Source: Phaeosaccion multiseriatum (lineage: Eukaryota; Protista; Ochrophyta, other classes). From it: a stretch of DNA of 64,000 bases. The stretch is from contig OZ218956.1 in NCBI GenBank assembly GCA_965112735.1, positions 3,878,976 to 3,942,975 of the forward strand. Reading direction: 5' to 3'. Every line of letters starts with the position of its first letter. Positions within the stretch are counted from its first letter, which is position 1. Under the pieces are notes generated by a model that worked only from the letters and a program-made list of their open reading frames with translations, made no database searches and had not been told where the DNA came from. Below are positions 60,501 through 64,000 of this stretch, in pieces. A program made the translations under genes and the position numbers.

Positions 60501-63500
60501 GCCAGGCCAGGCCAGGCCAGGCCAGGCCAGGCCAGGCCAGGCCAGGCCAGGCCAGGCCAGGCCAGGCCAGGCCAGGCCAGGCCAGGCCAGGCCAGGCCAG
60601 GCCAGGCCAGGCCAGGCCAGGCCAGGCCAGGCCAGGCCAGGCCAGGCCAGGCCAGGCCAGGCCAGGCCAGGCCAGGCCAGGCCAGGCCAGGCCAGGCCAG
60701 GCCAGGCCAGGCCAGGCCAGGCCAGGCCAGGCCAGGCCAGGCCAGGCCAGGCCAGGCCAGGCCAGGCCAGGCCAGGCCAGGCCAGGCCAGGCCAGGCCAG
60801 GCCAGGCCAGGCCAGGCCAGGCCAGGCCAGGCCAGGCCAGGCCAGGCCAGGCCAGGCCAGGCCAGGCCAGGCCAGGCCAGGCCAGGCCAGGCCAGGCCAG
60901 GCCAGGCCAGGCCAGGCCAGGCCAGGCCAGGCCAGGCCAGGCCAGGCCAGGCCAGGCCAGGCCAGGCCAGGCCAGGCCAGGCCAGGCCAGGCCAGGCCAG
61001 GCCAGGCCAGGCCAGGCCAGGCCAGGCCAGGCCAGGCCAGGCCAGGCCAGGCCAGGCCAGGCCAGGCCAGGCCAGGCCAGGCCAGGCCAGGCCAGGCCAG
61101 GCCAGGCCAGGCCAGGCCAGGCCAGGCCAGGCCAGGCCAGGCCAGGCCAGGCCAGGCCAGGCCAGGCCAGGCCAGGCCAGGCCAGGCCAGGCCAGGCCAG
61201 GCCAGGCCAGGCCAGGCCAGGCCAGGCCAGGCCAGGCCAGGCCAGGCCAGGCCAGGCCAGGCCAGGCCAGGCCAGGCCAGGCCAGGCCAGGCCAGGCCAG
61301 GCCAGGCCAGGCCAGGCCAGGCCAGGCCAGGCCAGGCCAGGCCAGGCCAGGCCAGGCCAGGCCAGGCCAGGCCAGGCCAGGCCAGGCCAGGCCAGGCCAG
61401 GCCAGGCCAGGCCAGGCCAGGCCAGGCCAGGCCAGGCCAGGCCAGGCCAGGCCAGGCCAGGCCAGGCCAGGCCAGGCCAGGCCAGGCCAGGCCAGGCCAG
61501 GCCAGGCCAGGCCAGGCCAGGCCAGGCCAGGCCAGGCCAGGCCAGGCCAGGCCAGGCCAGGCCAGGCCAGGCCAGGCCAGGCCAGGCCAGGCCAGGCCAG
61601 GCCAGGCCAGGCCAGGCCAGGCCAGGCCAGGCCAGGCCAGGCCAGGCCAGGCCAGGCCAGGCCAGGCCAGGCCAGGCCAGGCCAGGCCAGGCCAGGCCAG
61701 GCCAGGCCAGGCCAGGCCAGGCCAGGCCAGGCCAGGCCAGGCCAGGCCAGGCCAGGCCAGGCCAGGCCAGGCCAGGCCAGGCCAGGCCAGGCCAGGCCAG
61801 GCCAGGCCAGGCCAGGCCAGGCCAGGCCAGGCCAGGCCAGGCCAGGCCAGGCCAGGCCAGGCCAGGCCAGGCCAGGCCAGGCCAGGCCAGGCCAGGCCAG
61901 GCCAGGCCAGGCCAGGCCAGGCCAGGCCAGGCCAGGCCAGGCCAGGCCAGGCCAGGCCAGGCCAGGCCAGGCCAGGCCAGGCCAGGCCAGGCCAGGCCAG
62001 GCCAGGCCAGGCCAGGCCAGGCCAGGCCAGGCCAGGCCAGGCCAGGCCAGGCCAGGCCAGGCCAGGCCAGGCCAGGCCAGGCCAGGCCAGGCCAGGCCAG
62101 GCCAGGCCAGGCCAGGCCAGGCCAGGCCAGGCCAGGCCAGGCCAGGCCAGGCCAGGCCAGGCCAGGCCAGGCCAGGCCAGGCCAGGCCAGGCCAGGCCAG
62201 GCCAGGCCAGGCCAGGCCAGGCCAGGCCAGGCCAGGCCAGGCCAGGCCAGGCCAGGCCAGGCCAGGCCAGGCCAGGCCAGGCCAGGCCAGGCCAGGCCAG
62301 GCCAGGCCAGGCCAGGCCAGGCCAGGCCAGGCCAGGCCAGGCCAGGCCAGGCCAGGCCAGGCCAGGCCAGGCCAGGCCAGGCCAGGCCAGGCCAGGCCAG
62401 GCCAGGCCAGGCCAGGCCAGGCCAGGCCAGGCCAGGCCAGGCCAGGCCAGGCCAGGCCAGGCCAGGCCAGGCCAGGCCAGGCCAGGCCAGGCCAGGCCAG
62501 GCCAGGCCAGGCCAGGCCAGGCCAGGCCAGGCCAGGCCAGGCCAGGCCAGGCCAGGCCAGGCCAGGCCAGGCCAGGCCAGGCCAGGCCAGGCCAGGCCAG
62601 GCCAGGCCAGGCCAGGCCAGGCCAGGCCAGGCCAGGCCAGGCCAGGCCAGGCCAGGCCAGGCCAGGCCAGGCCAGGCCAGGCCAGGCCAGGCCAGGCCAG
62701 GCCAGGCCAGGCCAGGCCAGGCCAGGCCAGGCCAGGCCAGGCCAGGCCAGGCCAGGCCAGGCCAGGCCAGGCCAGGCCAGGCCAGGCCAGGCCAGGCCAG
62801 GCCAGGCCAGGCCAGGCCAGGCCAGGCCAGGCCAGGCCAGGCCAGGCCAGGCCAGGCCAGGCCAGGCCAGGCCAGGCCAGGCCAGGCCAGGCCAGGCCAG
62901 GCCAGGCCAGGCCAGGCCAGGCCAGGCCAGGCCAGGCCAGGCCAGGCCAGGCCAGGCCAGGCCAGGCCAGGCCAGGCCAGGCCAGGCCAGGCCAGGCCAG
63001 GCCAGGCCAGGCCAGGCCAGGCCAGGCCAGGCCAGGCCAGGCCAGGCCAGGCCAGGCCAGGCCAGGCCAGGCCAGGCCAGGCCAGGCCAGGCCAGGCCAG
63101 GCCAGGCCAGGCCAGGCCAGGCCAGGCCAGGCCAGGCCAGGCCAGGCCAGGCCAGGCCAGGCCAGGCCAGGCCAGGCCAGGCCAGGCCAGGCCAGGCCAG
63201 GCCAGGCCAGGCCAGGCCAGGCCAGGCCAGGCCAGGCCAGGCCAGGCCAGGCCAGGCCAGGCCAGGCCAGGCCAGGCCAGGCCAGGCCAGGCCAGGCCAG
63301 GCCAGGCCAGGCCAGGCCAGGCCAGGCCAGGCCAGGCCAGGCCAGGCCAGGCCAGGCCAGGCCAGGCCAGGCCAGGCCAGGCCAGGCCAGGCCAGGCCAG
63401 GCCAGGCCAGGCCAGGCCAGGCCAGGCCAGGCCAGGCCAGGCCAGGCCAGGCCAGGCCAGGCCAGGCCAGGCCAGGCCAGGCCAGGCCAGGCCAGGCCAG

Positions 63501-64000
63501 GCCAGGCCAGGCCAGGCCAGGCCAGGCCAGGCCAGGCCAGGCCAGGCCAGGCCAGGCCAGGCCAGGCCAGGCCAGGCCAGGCCAGGCCAGGCCAGGCCAG
63601 GCCAGGCCAGGCCAGGCCAGGCCAGGCCAGGCCAGGCCAGGCCAGGCCAGGCCAGGCCAGGCCAGGCCAGGCCAGGCCAGGCCAGGCCAGGCCAGGCCAG
63701 GCCAGGCCAGGCCAGGCCAGGCCAGGCCAGGCCAGGCCAGGCCAGGCCAGGCCAGGCCAGGCCAGGCCAGGCCAGGCCAGGCCAGGCCAGGCCAGGCCAG
63801 GCCAGGCCAGGCCAGGCCAGGCCAGGCCAGGCCAGGCCAGGCCAGGCCAGGCCAGGCCAGGCCAGGCCAGGCCAGGCCAGGCCAGGCCAGGCCAGGCCAG
63901 GCCAGGCCAGGCCAGGCCCAGGCCAGGCAGCCAGGGCCAGGCCAGGCCAGGCCAGGCCAGGCCAGGCCAGGCCAGGCCAGGCCAGGCTAGGCCAGGCCAA
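57553..64000 (+). repeat. (CCAGG)n array, about 1,290 units; probably the telomere proper miscalled by long-read basecalling
   Basis: Near-perfect pentamer array in register with TTAGG, with CCAGGG hexamers at ~57667-57705 and ~63930 and one CTAGG near 63987. Confidence 0.9.

Noticed and set aside
57289-64000. 2,233-aa (PGQAR)n and 2,150-aa (AWPGL)n ORFs
   Set aside because: They result from a stop-free pentamer repeat; there is no evidence of coding.
57553-64000. CCAGG array as bacterial Dcm-site DNA or contamination
   Set aside because: It is contiguous and in register with TTAGGG and the subtelomeric satellite; the match to CCWGG gives no evidence of bacterial origin.

Overview
GC-rich, intron-containing eukaryotic DNA running into a chromosome end. 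The organism is most likely a photosynthetic stramenopile (ochrophyte): it has a phytoene synthase with a signal+transit-type presequence, and TTAGGG repeats. From left to right the genes are: a partial unknown gene, phytoene synthase (-), prefoldin 6 (+), a much enlarged WDR59/SEA3 (+), an ankyrin-repeat plus TKL-type pseudokinase gene (-), a ~27 kb giant HERC-like HECT E3 ligase (-) and a 3R-MYB factor (+). Then comes a ~5.5 kb subtelomere containing a TIR element, a decayed gene, nested fold-back palindromes and a 42-bp satellite, followed by 13 TTAGGG repeats and ~6.4 kb of (CCAGG)n, which is probably a miscalled telomere. The most unusual signal is two related short DNA motifs, CAGTTGGTGATAC and TCCACTGCCATC. 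They recur dozens of times in exons and introns of unrelated genes, on both strands and in different reading frames, which points to a DNA-level code laid over the coding sequence. Exon boundaries and motif counts were made by eye.
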